The position numbers were made by a program, and so were the translations under genes. 64,000 nucleotides of DNA, taken from NCBI GenBank assembly GCA_002269645.1, contig NIVC01003316.1, positions 1 through 64,000 of the forward strand. The letters are read 5' to 3'. Below the pieces are notes generated by a model. It was not told where the DNA came from. It ran no database searches and worked only from the letters and a program-made list of their open reading frames with translations. Shown piece by piece: positions 1 through 13,620 of this stretch; the first letter of the stretch is position 1, and every line of letters starts with the position of its first letter. This stretch comes from Macrostomum lignano. Taxonomy: Eukaryota.

Positions 1-928
1 GAAGCTTGGGGATCTGTGAAGCTTGGGATCGTGAAGCTGGGGATCTGTGAAGCTTGGGATCTGTGAAGCTTGGGGATCTGTGAAGCTTGGGATCTGTGAA
101 GCTTGGGATCTGTGAAGCTTGGGGATCTGTGAAGCTTGGGATCTGTGAAGCTTGGGATCTGTGAAGCTTGGGGATCTGTGAAGCTTGGGGATCTGTGAAG
201 CTTGGGATCTGTGAAGCTTGGGGATCTGTGAAGCTTGGGGATCTGTGAAGCTTGGGGATCTGTGAAGCTTGGGGATCTGTGAAGCTTGGGGATCTGTGAA
301 GCTTGGGATCTGTGAAGCTTGGGGATCTGTGAAGCTTGGGGATCTGTGAAGCTTGGGGATCTGTGAAGCTTGGGGATCTGTGAAGCTTGGGGATCTGTGA
401 AGCTTGGGGATCTGTGAAGCTTGGGGATCTGTGAAGCTTGGGGATCTGTGAAGCTTGGGGATCTGTGAAGCTTGGGGATCTGTGAAGCTTGGGGATCTGT
501 GAAGCTTGGGGATCTGTGAAGCTTGGGGATCTGTGAAGCTTGGGGATCTGTGAAGCTTGGGATCTGTGAAGCTTGGGGATCTGTGAAGTTGGGGATCTGT
601 GAAGCTTGGGGATCTGTGAAGCTTGGGGATCTGTAAAGCTTGGGGATCTGTGAAGCTTGGGGATCTGTGAAGCTTGGGGATCTGTGAAGCTTGGGGATCT
701 GTGAAGCTTAGGGATCTGTGAAGCTTGGGGATCTGTGAAGCTTAGAGATTTGTGAAGCTTAGAGATTTGTGAAGCTTGGGGATCTGTGAAGCTTAGAGAT
801 TTGTGAAGCTTGGGGATCGGTGAAGCTTAGAGATTTGTGAAGCTTGGGGATCTGTGAAGCTTAGAGATTTGTGAAGCTTGGGGATCGGTGAAGCTTAAAG
901 ATTTGTGAAGCTTGGGGATCTGTGAAGT
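1..928. repeat. 16-17 bp minisatellite (GAAGCTTGGGGATCTGT)n, running off the window start
   Basis: Direct tandem repetition. Confidence 0.97.
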
Positions 929-1587
929 TATACGTGAACGTGAAGCTGGGTGAGTGTAATTCTAAGCCTCCCTTAGTTACCAGACAGGAAAAGCGCACAG
1001 GTGTTTTACAGTGACTTTCAGAACACCACTTAGCTAGCAGAAGAGAATCTTGAGAGAAAGGAAGAGTTACCTAACCGCCAGCTACATCAAGGTAAGCCGT
1101 CTGTCCAGCTGGCCGAGAACACAAAAAGCCATTTATTGCGCTGGCCTCGCCGCTGCCTTGGCGGGGTGGCTCCGGCAGACGAGATTGAATCAATTTTAAC
1201 AACACTTTGGGATAGCCTTCCCTCTGCCTCCCTTCCTCCCCTTGTTCCCAACCGACTTAATAATCCCCCGCTGAGCCGCCCGTTCCCTTGACGACTGCAG
1301 GGTCCATCCAGTGCAACTCCCACCGGCTGGGCAGTTGCTCCAAGCATGTTGCGGGCTGAGGCTTGCTTGAAATTCTTTTTAACGTCATCGCAGACGGCGG
1401 CGGCGGTGGTTGGGCAAACGTTTTTTCTTTAAAAAATTGAGGGAATTTCTCCATTAGCCTGTCAGGGGAGCAGATCGTTATCGGGCTGGGTCACTTTTCC
1501 CTCTCTCCGCTCCGTCCCTGTGTGCGCATTTTGCTTCTTTTCCTAAGCTGAACTTCCTTCTCTGCTCTGATCCTGGCTGCTTCAACT

Positions 1588-2088
1588 TGCCTTCTCTCTC
1601 CTCTCTCCTTCTCTACCCTCTCCGCTTCTCTCCCCTCTCCCCTTCTCTCCCCTCTCCCCTTCTCTCCCCTCTCCCCTTCTCTCCCTCTCCCCTTCTCTCC
1701 CCTCTCCGCTTCTCTCTCCTCTCTCCTTCTCTCCCCTCTCCCCTTCTCTCCCCTCTCCGCTTCTCTCCCCTCTCCTCTTCTCTCCCTCTCCCCTTCTCTC
1801 CCCTCTCCGCTTCTCTCCCTCTCCCCTTCTCTCCCCTCTCTCCTTCTCTTTCCTCTCTCCTTCTCTACCCTCTCCGCTTCTCTCCCCTCTCCCCTTCACT
1901 CCCCTCTCCCCTTCTCTCCTCTCTCCGCTTCTCTCCCCGCTCCCCTTCTCTCCCCCTCCCCTTCTCTCCCTCTGCCCTTCTCTCCCGCTCCCTTCTCTCC
2001 CTCTCCCCTTCTCTCCCCTTCTCTCTCCTCTTCTCTCCCCTTCTCTCCCCCCTCTCTCTCCCCTTCTCTTCCTTCTCTCCCTCTCTCC
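1588..2088. repeat. CT-rich low-complexity tandem array
   Basis: CTCTCCCCTCTCCCCTT-like units. Confidence 0.9.
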
Positions 2089-3480
2089 ATTCGTTCCTCA
2101 CAATTGGCTATTTCAATTTTTGGAAGCAGAACCTCATCATCCGTACCGCAGTGGAAATTTATGCTCTTCATTTCAAGCGTCGCTTGCGATATTCAGAGCG
2201 GCCTCATCGGCAGACCAAGCGGTTCTGCGGCTGTCCGTCATTCAGTCAGACAGGCAGGCAGACCGAGGGATGAGCGGCTGCAACTCAAAAGGCGTGTCGC
2301 ATTTTGACAGCCTCCAGTCATATCTCTCCCTGTTTTCATGCCCCTCATCATCCAACTAAGTCCCGGAGACTGGACTAGATGGGACAGCCCCCTACCCCCT
2401 TCCAGCAGCCCGCCTCACTAATTCTCGCCCTAACCAAGCATTAATGATGAAATCGCAAAAGTCGTTCCAGCTCCGCCGTGCGATTGCGTCACAAGCCAGG
2501 CTGATATTATAGTAATCATTGCGGCCATGGGACCGAGCCTTGGCCCAGCCAATTATCCGTGTGTTGCATCACTTTTGGCCCGGGCCTGTGGACTCTCTCT
2601 CTCTCCCAGCTAAATAATCCTTAAAGTCTGTGGAAATCTCACACCAATGATAGCCAGTATGCTGCATCAGGGAGATAGAAACTTTGCCTTGGTCGTGAGA
2701 GACTAACAAATTGGGTAAATAAGATACCCTACAGCACCAGCGATACCAGGGTTCCTGGGTAGGGTATCGTGTTACTGCAACTTTCTGTTGGTTAGTGTGA
2801 TTTCGCAGGGAGAAGAGGGACACACAAGCTTGTGCAAACATTAAGAACAACTCTGCACTGAACAAACAGAGCTGACAATTACCATATCTATGTATTATAT
2901 AGGCTCTAATATCTATTGTAATAGTCAGGCATTTATTGAATCGAGCTCGTACTTCAGACACACACAGAGAGAAGCACAGACCCACTTGTGCGGCTTTTAG
3001 CTGTCCGAATATTGGGCTAGAAAGCGTGGGTGGCCCCTTTTCGCTAATTTTTTTATTTCTGACTTAAATTGTACTTGCTAGACTTGCTGATGACGGAAGA
3101 GGCTTTTTGGTAGTAAATTTATAATAGAGATATTAATCGCATTACCTAATCCATCTCAGTCAATCATTATTTTAGTCTGATCTGTCAAAGGCGTGATTGT
3201 GCATCAATTGGAAATCCTCATTCATAGGCTAAATAAGCTACTCAAGATTCTGAGAACTGCGGGGATCTAATAATGAGCACTGCTCAATGCTGCAGGTGAC
3301 AGTCTGAGCCTGTAATTAGCTCTTGCTCTGCTGTGTCCTCATCAGCGGCGAACTCGGAATCTTGTAGGTCCTATTGCTGGATAAACACCTCAACTTCATC
3401 TGGTTATTAGTTGCCTTATTATAGTCATTTTACACCGTAATGAGCCTTCGATAGTAAGATCGACTAAGCCGCACCCCTTG

Positions 3481-4167
3481 TACCCTGTCTAAAGGTGGGA
3501 TTCCCACTATCCCATACCCTGTCTAGAGGTGGGATATTGCCGCTATCCCATACCCTGTCTATAGGTGGGATTCCCACTATCCCATACCCTGTCTATAGGT
3601 GGGATTCCCACTATCCCATACCCTGTCTATAGGTGGGATTCCCACTATCCCATACCCTGTCTATAGGTGGGATTCCACTATCCCATACCCTGTCTATAGG
3701 TGGGATTCCTACTATCCCATACCCTGTCTGTAGGTGAGATTCCCACTATCCCATACCCTGTCTATAGGTGGGATTCCCACTATCCCATACCCTGTCTATA
3801 GATGGGATTTCCACTATCCCATACCCTGTCTGTAGGTGGGATTCCCACTATCCCATACCCTGTCTGTAGGTGGGATTCCCACTATCCCATACCCTGTCTG
3901 TAGGTGGGATTCCCACTATCCCATACCCTGTCTATAGGTGAGATTCCTACTATCCCATACACTGTCTATAGGTGGGATTTCCACTATCCCATACACTGTC
4001 TATAGGTGGGATTTCCACTATCCCATACACTGTCTATAGGTGGGATTCCCACTATCCCATTTCCTGTCTATAGTTGGGATTCCCACTATCCCATTTCCTG
4101 TCTATAGGTGGGATTCCTACTATCCCATACACTGTCTGTAGGTGGGATTCCAACTATCCCATACCCT
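3481..4167. repeat. 34-bp minisatellite with an internal palindrome
   Basis: Unit GTGGGATTCCCACTATCCCATACCCTGTCTATAG, about 20 copies, no spacers. Confidence 0.95.
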
Positions 4168-5164
4168 GCCCACCAAGCCCATCTTAAGAACAGACGCCAC
4201 AATTCAAAGAAGTTTCCCTTGCTTAATAAACCTTCTTTGTCATTATACACGTAAAAAAGTTGAAACATAATCCACACGCTTAAGAAGGAAGAATCAATCA
4301 GTCTTTTTTCACGTGTAACAATCGCAAATGGACTCAGCTCGCCGCCGACTCCAGATCATCTCCTCCTATCTCAGTCTGTAGCCGCTCGCCCGAAACTAAT
4401 CAATGCTTTTTAACCGAGGATTGAGTCTACTATGTATTCAGTTAGTCGAGTATAGATGCAAAGTTCCTAGAGACTCATCGATGGGTGAACTAAGTAAGGG
4501 GGAGGGGCTTGGGAGCAAGCTCAAAACTCTGAGTCGGTCAAACCCGGAGCATTCAAGTATCGAAGTAATTACTTAACGGGGGAGAGAGGAGCGAGCCGCG
4601 ACAGACACGGCCCAGCGGAGAGATATTTAAGCTCTTATCTCTCTGGCTAACCCTTTCCTATTTTTTCCCATCCAAAGCACTGCCCCCCGAGGGGGGAGCG
4701 GCCAGCTAGTCAGAATACATGTTTGGCAAAGAAGGCGAGAGAATGCCAAGCCTAGCTGTTCGCTAGCACAGACAGACAGACAGCACTTAGCTTAATGCGA
4801 AAAAATGGATACACAATCAGCTTTGGCGTATAAGAATGAATAAACTAACTGCAGTATGGGGGGCAGACAAACTGTTTTCAATGTTTCTGCTTCTCCTCCT
4901 CGACAGATGTTTCGGAAGATCCTCAAATCAGCTATTCGAGGGGGGCAAAGTTATAAGTTGAATTGGCCGACTGGGCTGGCTTGATTCAATTTTTAGATTC
5001 ATCTTGCTAGCCGGGCCAATTCATCAACAAGGCTGAGATGATGGGCCCGGAGGTTAATCAGCGAGTGGGATTAGAGAAGCCACGGTGGCCGCGAACCAGA
5101 AGCTGGAGTGGCAACCCTTGCTTCGATCCTGAGCTTAAACTTAACACTCAAATAGATTCCCAGC

Positions 5165-5503
5165 AGCTTGTGAAGTTTTGAGTTTGTGAAGTTTCGAGTT
5201 TGTGAAGTTTCGAGAGTGTGAAGCTTCTAGCTTGTGAAGTTTCCAGCTTGTGAAGTTTCCAACTTGTGAAGTTTCCAGCTTGTGAAGTTTCCAGCTTGTG
5301 ATGTTTCCAGCTTGTGAAGCTTCCAGCTTGGTAAAATTCGAGCTTGTGAAGCTTCGAGCTTGTAAAGTTTCGAGCTTGTGAAGTTGTGAGCTTGCGAAGT
5401 TTCGAGCTTGTGAAGCTTCGAGCTTGTGAAGTTGTGAGTTTGTGAAGCTTCGAGCTTGCGAAGTTTCGAGCTGTGAAGTTTCGAGCTTGTGAAGCTTCGA
5501 GCA
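5165..5503. repeat. 16-bp minisatellite (TTGTGAAGTTTCGAGC)n
   Basis: Direct tandem repetition. Confidence 0.93.
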
Positions 5504-6639
5504 TGAAAACGAAGTGTTGGGGCAGCAGCTAGCACTCCAGGATCTCCATGGACGAGCAGAATGCGGCTTAGGCAGCCATCAAACATGAGCGCTCCCACAG
5601 CCCTGATCTCATTAGCCCCAATCAGCCGTCTCTCTGCGCGAAGATCAACAAATTAAAGAAATATAATTATCTTCTGCCTGCCCACAGCTGAAAGACCCGG
5701 AGAGTCTAAAAGCAGGAAACCCGTTCTTCCGTCTGTTTGGCCTCCTCGTCTGTCAGTTTTTAGGCTTAAATTGCCGACAACTATGCAGAAAATCAATAAA
5801 GCTATTTATAACCGGCCTGGCTATAATAGCGCTATGCCAATACAATGGCACTCGTAACCACTGAGGATGATAGAGCTGTGTGTGCACAATGTGTTTGTAT
5901 GCGCAAACACTAAAACTGTGCATGCAGTGAGCTGTCAGAATTGACAGGGCGCTGACCCCTCAAACTGGTTGCCAAGGTTTAATGCAGGAAGCACAACTAT
6001 TGGCAGACGTGACCAGGAATGTAAATGTCTTATTTAGACATGTCAACCGCGTTTTTTTCTTCTCTTCTGCCTCTCTTTTAAGTCGGTTGCATCATCATCA
6101 ACATCAGCTCGGCCAGCCTCCAGCGGTCTCGGGGGGGGGGATAGTTGAGATAGGATAAGCTTTTGCCACAGGACTGCTGGGACACGGGTTCAAGGGAAGA
6201 GTTCAGTCTCTGTGCAGGGAGGAGACGCTGAAACATTAGCTGCTCAAATCGATGCCGTGACATCGATTAGCTGCGCGGGGAAGGCCCGGGACCTGGATGA
6301 TGCTGCGAAGGTGCTGGGTGAAAAAAACTAAGCCAAAGAAAGAGAAGAGTGAGAACAGAGTGCTTCCTTGGGGGGGGGCTGCCTCCCGTTGCCAGCGGCT
6401 TTGAATGAGCGATAGGTGCATCCGGGAGGGCTGTGAGCCCGCGACAGGGAAATGTCTGACAGGTTAAAGCATGGGGATTTCTATTCATGCCTTTTTATCC
6501 CGATTGGAGTAACATGGCTCCCATCGCAAGAGCTGCTGCTGGTTTGTTAGTAAGTTTCTGAGATGGAAACTTCACGAAAAGTTGGGATTAATAGCTGTGT
6601 AAAAAGCGAGATAGGATAAAGATTGAATGCGTGTAGACA

Positions 6640-7290
6640 GACAGGGAGACAGGGAGAGAGGAGAGGTGGAGAGACAGGGAGAGAAGAGAAGGGAGGAGAG
6701 AGAAGGGAGAGGAGAAAAGGGAAGGGAGAGAAGGGAATTAAGGGAGAGAAGGGAGAGGAGAAAAGGGAGGGGAAAGAAGGGAGAGGAGAAAAGGGAGGGG
6801 AGAGAAGGGAGAGGAGAGAAGGGAGGGAAGAGAAGGGAGAGAAGGGAGGGGAGAGAAGGGAGGGGAGAGAAGGGAGAGAAGGGTGAGAAGGGAGGGGAGA
6901 GAAAAGAGAGGGCAGAAAAGGGAAGGGAGAGAAGGGATAGGAGAGAAGGGAGGGGAGAGAAGGGAGAGAAGGGAGAGGAGAGAAGGGAGAGAAGGGAGAG
7001 GAGAGAAGGGAGAGAAGGGAGAGGAGAGAAGGGAATTAAGGGAGAGAAGGGAGAGGAGAAAAGGGAGGGGAAAGAAGGGAGAGGAGAAAAGGGAGGGGAG
7101 AGAAGGGAGAGGAGAGAAGGGAGGGGAGAGAAGGGAGAGAAGGGAGGGGAGAGAAGGGAGGGGAGAGAAGGGAGAGAAGGGTGAGAAGGGAGGGGAGAGA
7201 AAAGAGAGGGCAGAAAAGGGAAGGGAGAGAAGGGATAGGAGAGAAGGGAGGGGAGAGAAGGGAGAGAAGGGAGGGGAGAGAAGGGAGAGC
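6640..7290. repeat. GA-rich tandem array
   Basis: GGGAGAGAAGGGAGGGGAGAGAA-like units. Confidence 0.9.
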
Positions 7291-7919
7291 AGCCAGCGTG
7301 AATCTGGCTGAGCAGCCGAGGCTCAGCTGAAAGTCCTCTTTGGGCTTAAGCAGTCCAATTGAGCAGAGAGGGCAGGTCGCTCAGCCGCTGCCCGAGCCGA
7401 GCTCATTCACTCACTTTACTCTCTCACAGCTCCCCTAGGGGAGAAGCAGTGGGCAGCAGAGAAATCCACCGCGGATATTGAGCAGGATTTTCGGGAGCAC
7501 GGGATTCCAGTTGGGGGATTTGGGTTGGGTTGGGCGAGCCTTATGGGATGGAAGGCACTGAAAGATGAGGTGCAGCAGATTCTGAGCTTGGCGCTCGACT
7601 AACTCCATCGCAAGTTCGGAGCAGCAGCAGCAGTTCTGGCTCAGCTTCCTCTCAGGAAAAAAGGGCTCAAAGTGTGAGCACGCAGGGCTCGCTCTCTTCG
7701 GAATCACTCTGCCGTGAAGGCTGCGGATTTTCGCACGCGAGAGGAGATTTTTTCGCATCGAAAAGTTTTTGGGCCATTTTTTGGGAGAAAGATTTTGGAG
7801 CTCTCATCTTGAATGACCTTGCTGGCATTATGGGAATGGGCGTTTCGGAGCAATAGAGATTTCAATCTAGTGACAGTGCTAGTATGGCAGTGCCACGGGT
7901 AGATGGAGGGGAGTGATAG

Positions 7920-8488
7920 GAGTGACAGAGTAGCGGAGTGACAGAGTAGCGGAGTGACAGAGTAGCGGAGTGACAGAGTAGCGGAGTGACAGAGTAGCGG
8001 AGTGACAGAGTAGCGGAGTGACAGAGTAGCGGAGTGACAGAGTAGCGGAGTGACAGAGTAGCGGAGTGACAGAGTAGCGGAGTGACAGAGTAGCGGAGTG
8101 ACAGAGTAGCGGAGTGACAGAGTAGCGGAGTGACAGAGTAGCGGAGTGACAGAGTAGCGGAGTGACAGAGTAGCGGAGTGACAGAGTAGCGGAGTGACAG
8201 AGTAGCGGAGTGACAGAGTAGCGGAGTGACAGAGTAGCGGAGTGACAGAGTAGCGGAGTGACAGAGTAGCGGAGTGACAGAGTAGCGGAGTGACAGAGTA
8301 GCGGAGTGACAGAGTAGCGGAGTGACAGAGTAGCGGAGTGACAGAGTAGCGGAGTGACAGAGTAGCGGAGTGACAGAGTAGCGGAGTGACAGAGTAGCGG
8401 AGTGACAGAGTAGCGGAGTGACAGAGTAGCGGAGTGACAGAGTAGCGGAGTGACAGAGTAGCGGAGTGACAGAGTAGCGGAGTGACAG
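7920..8488. repeat. 16-bp near-perfect minisatellite (GAGTGACAGAGTAGCG)n
   Basis: About 35 essentially identical copies. Confidence 0.97.
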
Positions 8489-9559
8489 TACAGAGTGACT
8501 GAATAGTACAATGGAGAGTGAAAGTGAAAGACTTCTGCAGTGACAGATCGAAAGAGTACTAACCAGGCCGCCTGTCACGGAGCCTCCGCACCCCTTCGAT
8601 CCCTAGCCCCCCAGCCCCACCCCTCACCTGTCCCATTCTATTTACCGCCAGCCACTGGGCCATATTTTCAGGAAGCAGCCGACTTCCGTCGACAGCAGCT
8701 CCCCGCCGTTCCCTCCTCCCATTCCTCATCTTGACAAGGCCCGGCCTTTCACTGAAGAGCATCGACTCTAAAGAGTCCGCCATGCGGGCACGATGAGGAG
8801 TGGGAGAGGGTGGGAGGGGAGACTGAGACTGAGTTGCTGGCACTCCTGACAGGTGCGCGATGATGGCAGGAGAGAGCGAAATGAAAGAGGAGAGAAGAGA
8901 AAAGTTGCAAGGATTTTGCAGCTTCGCGTTGAGCAGGCGGCTGGTGTGTAAAAAAGTGTCGGAATGAGGCGGCTGAGCTGACTCAGACCGAAACTGTTTT
9001 TGGATCTTTCAGCGGTCTGGCGCAGCAAGCGTTTCTACTAAAAGAAGAGAATGAGCAGAGAGAGAGGCAGAGAGGAGGGGAAGTTGAAGGGCGACGCGGT
9101 GTCTGCGAAGTCCTCAGAGGGAGAGAGCGCGGCTGTCTGGAGGCGACAGTTGGCAACAAGCCGAGGCAGGTGTGGCAAGGCCGGGGCTGTTAATTAAGAC
9201 AAGAGGCGATGCAGAGAGAGGCAGAAACGGGGTCTTTTGAATCGCGATGCCTGTGGTTCTCTCACTCTTGCCTTTTGTATTGAATGCCTGTAGAATGCAT
9301 TACATGTATTGGCTGGCAGCTCGCTAACTCAGCGCTTTCTGCGTGTCCCAACAGTGGGATAATGTTCTGAGAAAGTTGGACGGCCGGTAAACTTGCGTGA
9401 CCACCGAGCGAGCCTCCGGTGAGGGGGGGGGGCGGTTGGTGGCGAGGGCAGGCGGGGGTCGGCATCCGCCTTTGGTGCTTGCCGCGTGGAGAATAAAAAA
9501 CTGAAAATTATTCTGTAAGAACACCTCAGCATTTCAGTTGATTATAGGTAGGGTGGGGG

Positions 9560-10542
9560 AGTGAGAGTGGGAGGAGAGAGTTGATGGAGAGAGAAGTGGA
9601 AAGAGGGAGAGTAGACAATAGAGATTGGGGAGAGAGGGGTTGAGGGTTGAGAGAGCTGAGCTGAGACGGGGAGAGGGGGTGAGAGGGGGTTGAGAGAGGG
9701 CTGAGACGGGGGAGAAAGGGGGAGAAGGGGTGAGAGGGGGTGAGAGAGGGTGAGAGGGGGTGAGAGAGGGTGATAGAGGGTGAGAGGGGGTGAGAGAGGG
9801 TGAGAGAGGGTGAGAGGGTGAGAGAGGGTGAGAGGGTGAGAGGGGGTGAAAGAGGGTGATAGAGGGTGAAAAAGGGTGATAGAGGGTGAATGAGGGTGAT
9901 AGAGGGTGAATGAGGGTGATAGAGGGTGAGAGAGGGTGAGAGAGGATTAGAGAGCGTGATAGAGGGTGAGAGGGGTGAGAGAGGGTGAGAGGGGTGAGAG
10001 AGGGTGAGAGAAGTGAGAGGGGGTGAGAGAGGGTGAGAGAGGGTGAGAGGGGGTAAGAGGGGGTGAGAGAGGGTGAGAGAGGGTGAGAGGGGGTGATAGA
10101 GGGTGAAAGAGGGTGATAGAGGGTGAAAGAGGGTGATAGAGGGTGAGAGAGGATTAGAGAGCGTGATAGAGGGTGAGAGGGGGTGAGAGGAGGTGAGAGG
10201 GGGTGAGACGGGTGAGAGGGGGTGAGAGGGAGTGAGAGGGGGTGAGAGGGGGTGAGGGGGTGAGAGAGGGTGAGAGAGGGTGAGAGAGGGTGAGAGGGGG
10301 TGAGAGAGGGTGAGAGAGGGTGAGAGAGGGTGAGAGGGGTGAGAGAGGGTGAGAGAGGGTGAGAGGGGGTGAGAGGGGGTGAGAGGGGGTGAGAGAGGGT
10401 GAGAGGGGTGAGAGAGGGTGAGAGGGGGTGAGAGGGGGTGAGAGGGGGTGAGAGAGGGTGAGAGGGGTGAGAGAGGGTGAGAGGGGGTGAGAGGGGGTGA
10501 GAGGGGGTGAGAGGGGGTGAGAGGGGGTGAGGGGGTGAGAGG
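9560..10542. repeat. (GAGAGGGTGA)-type purine-rich array
   Basis: Direct tandem repetition of 8-10 bp variants. Confidence 0.92.
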
Positions 10543-11133
10543 AGAATCGCAGGAGAGCTCTACTGCATGCCGGTTTGCTCAAGGGAAAAAGATCGGCACA
10601 GGCCCCAGAATAAGATTCCACTTGCTGACAGAGGTTCCTCGCTGTAGCCAAACTTTTTTCTCGCCGACATTGTTCCAATCCGATGTGCACGTGTGCTCAC
10701 TTTTGTGCTCATCTTCTACGCCTGCCTTCGCTCAGATAGGGACACGGAAGAATCGTTAATGAGCTGCCATGGGGCGCCCCAACTCTCCTCCATCACCTCT
10801 GCTCATACGCAGTTTTTTGCATCGCCCCGGCTTCACAGGCTCGCAATCGATGGACTGACTGATTAGGGATGGTGAAGGGGGCGGGCGGCGGCGTCTTCAC
10901 GCGATTGGAATCAACACAGCAACTTGCTGAGTCATTGGCCGCACTGCACTGCTGCTATGCATTTTAGATATTCAGACTTGCGTGTGACAAATTGGGCTTG
11001 CACTGTCAGAATTCAATGCATTTGTGTTGGCCTGTGTGATTTTATAACAAATGTTTTCTAGCATTTTCACTGTTCAAAACTATTTTGTAAATGTGAGGAA
11101 CTGTATTATATAGCCGACTATTTCAATGCTATC

Positions 11134-12275
11134 CTAGATCTGCTTTAACGCCCTCTAGATCTACTTTCGCGCCCTCTAGATCTACTTTCGCGCCCTCTAG
11201 ATCTACTTTCGCGCCCTCTAGATCTACTTTCGCGCCATCTAGATCTACTTTCTCACACTCTAGATCTAATTTCTCACACTCTAGATCTACTTTCTCGGAC
11301 TCTATATCTACTTTCTCACACTCTAGATCTACTTTCTCACACTCTAGATCTACTTTCTCGCACTCTAGATCTACTTTCTCACACTCTAGATCTACTTCCT
11401 CATACTCTAGATCTACTTTCTCGCACTCTAGATCTACTTCCTCACACTCTAGATCTACTTCCTCATACTCTAGATCTACTTTCTCACACTCTAGATCTAC
11501 TTCCTCGCACTCTAGATCTACTTTCTCGCACTCTAGATCTACTTTCTCACACTCTAGATCTACTTTCTCACACTCTAGATCTACTTTCTCACACTCTAGA
11601 TCTACTTTCTCGCACTCTAGATCTACTTTCGCGCACTCTAGATTGAATTTGACGCACTCTAGATCTACTTTCTCACACTCTAGATCTAATTTCTCACACT
11701 CTAGATCTACTTTCTCACACTCTAGATCTAATTTCTCACACTCTAGATCTACTTTCTCGCACTCTAGATCTACTTTCTCACACTCTAGATCTACTTCCTC
11801 GCACTCTAGATCTACTTTCTCGAACTCTAGATCTACTTCCTCACACTCTAGATCTACTTCCTCATACTCTAGATCTACTTTCTCACACTCTAGATCTACT
11901 TCCTCGCACTCTAGATCTACTTCCTCACACTCTAGATCTACTTTCTCGCACTCTAGATCTACTTTCTCACACTCTAGATCTACTTCCTCGCACTCTAGAT
12001 CTACTTTCTCGCACTCTAGATCTACTTCCTCACACTCTAGATCTACTTCCTCATACTCTAGATCTACTTTCTCACACTCTAGATCTACTTCCTCATACTC
12101 TAGATCTACTTTCTCACACTCTAGATCTACTTCCTCACACTCTAGATCTACTTTCTCACACTCGAGATCGAATTTAGCGCACTCTAGAACTAATTTAGCG
12201 CACTCTATATCTGCTTTAGCACCCTCTAGATCTACTTTCGCGCCCTCTAGGTCGAATTTGGCGCACTCTATATCT
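11134..12275. repeat. 21-bp minisatellite (TCTAGATCTACTTTCTCACAC)n
   Basis: About 54 copies; gives stop-free frames on both strands. Confidence 0.96.
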
Positions 12276-13004
12276 ATTTTCCCCAGAAATTCACCAGATC
12301 TATTTAGCATCTCTGGGAAAACTGAAAGCAAAAAAAACGATTCAAAAAAGGAATGTCATCACAGACTCTCGCACAGCAACTGGGACTGGTCTTTGTATAA
12401 GAAAAATATACCTAGCAGCATACAGATGAGTGCCCTGCACTGTTTGCTGTGGACCAGGCAGGAGAGGAGAGCAGATGAGAGGACCCGGGAGGTGCACAGT
12501 GTCGAGTCCTCGACCCCCAAGACTAACAGCAGTCGGGTCTGCTGTGTGTTCGCCTTGGCAGCAGCGCACGGTTACGTCAAAATCCCTTTCGACTCCCGAT
12601 GGACCTCTCTTGTCTGGCCCAGAAATATCCACATACACCCTCCCCATCTCTTCAAGGTTTTTTCTCTCCATCAAGTCACAGAAGGCTCTGTTTTTTGCTG
12701 TAGTAGCTATGAGAGTATGAATAGCGGTCTGGGCTGTGACTGCTGTTGGGGGGGGCTCAAGGGTATTTGCTGTGCCGCGGAGGGCCGCAGGGGTGTAGCC
12801 ACATTTATTAGCCAAGCGAGATTGAATTGGTAAACTGGGGCCGCCCCGCTGTTGGCCATTGCTGCTTCTGTATTTCCTGCCTGTGCCAACTCTCTGCTCA
12901 AGAGTTGCTTTCGTTGACTTTGAGCAAATACGAGTGTACAAATTCCTTGTATGGAGAGAAAGTAGAAAGTGTTCCAGCTGCTGCTGCCTCACTCTCTGCT
13001 TTTA

Positions 13005-13620
13005 TCTCCTATCTATCTCCTATCTCCTATCTCCTATCTATCTCCTATTTATCTCCTATCTCCTATCTCCTATTTATCTCCTATCTCCTATTTATCTCTT
13101 ATCTCCTTTCTATCTCCTATCTCCTATCTCCTATCTATCTCCTATCTATCTCCTATATATCTCCTATCTATCTCCTATCTCCTATCTATCTCCTATCTCC
13201 TATCTATCTCCTATCTCCTATCTATCTCCAATCTCCTATCTCCTATCTATCTCCTATCTATCTCCTATCTATCTCCTATCTCCTATCTCCTATCTCCTAT
13301 TTATCTCCTATCTCCTATTTATCTCCTATCTCCTATCTCCTTTCTATCTCCTATCTCCTATCTCCTATCTATCTCCTATCTATCTCCTATCTATCTCCTA
13401 TCTATCTCCTATCTATCTCCTATCTCCTATCTCCTATCTATCTCCTATCTCCTATCTATCACCTATCTCCTATCTCCTATCCATCTTCTATGTATCTCCC
13501 ATCTATCTCACATCTATCTCCAATATATCTCCTATCTATTTCAAATCTATCACCTATCTATCTCCTATCTATCACCTATCTATCTCCTATCTATCACCTA
13601 TCTATCTCCTATCTCCCATT
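13005..13620. repeat. (CTATCTC)n/(CTAT)n compound array
   Basis: Direct tandem repetition. Confidence 0.93.

Noticed and set aside
3481-4167. CRISPR-like array (34-bp palindromic repeat)
   Set aside because: Units are contiguous with no unique spacers, there are no cas genes, and the context is eukaryotic.
12342-12992. 216-aa non-repetitive minus-strand ORF
   Set aside because: No recognisable domain or motif, and overlapping frames are also open; cannot be supported as coding.
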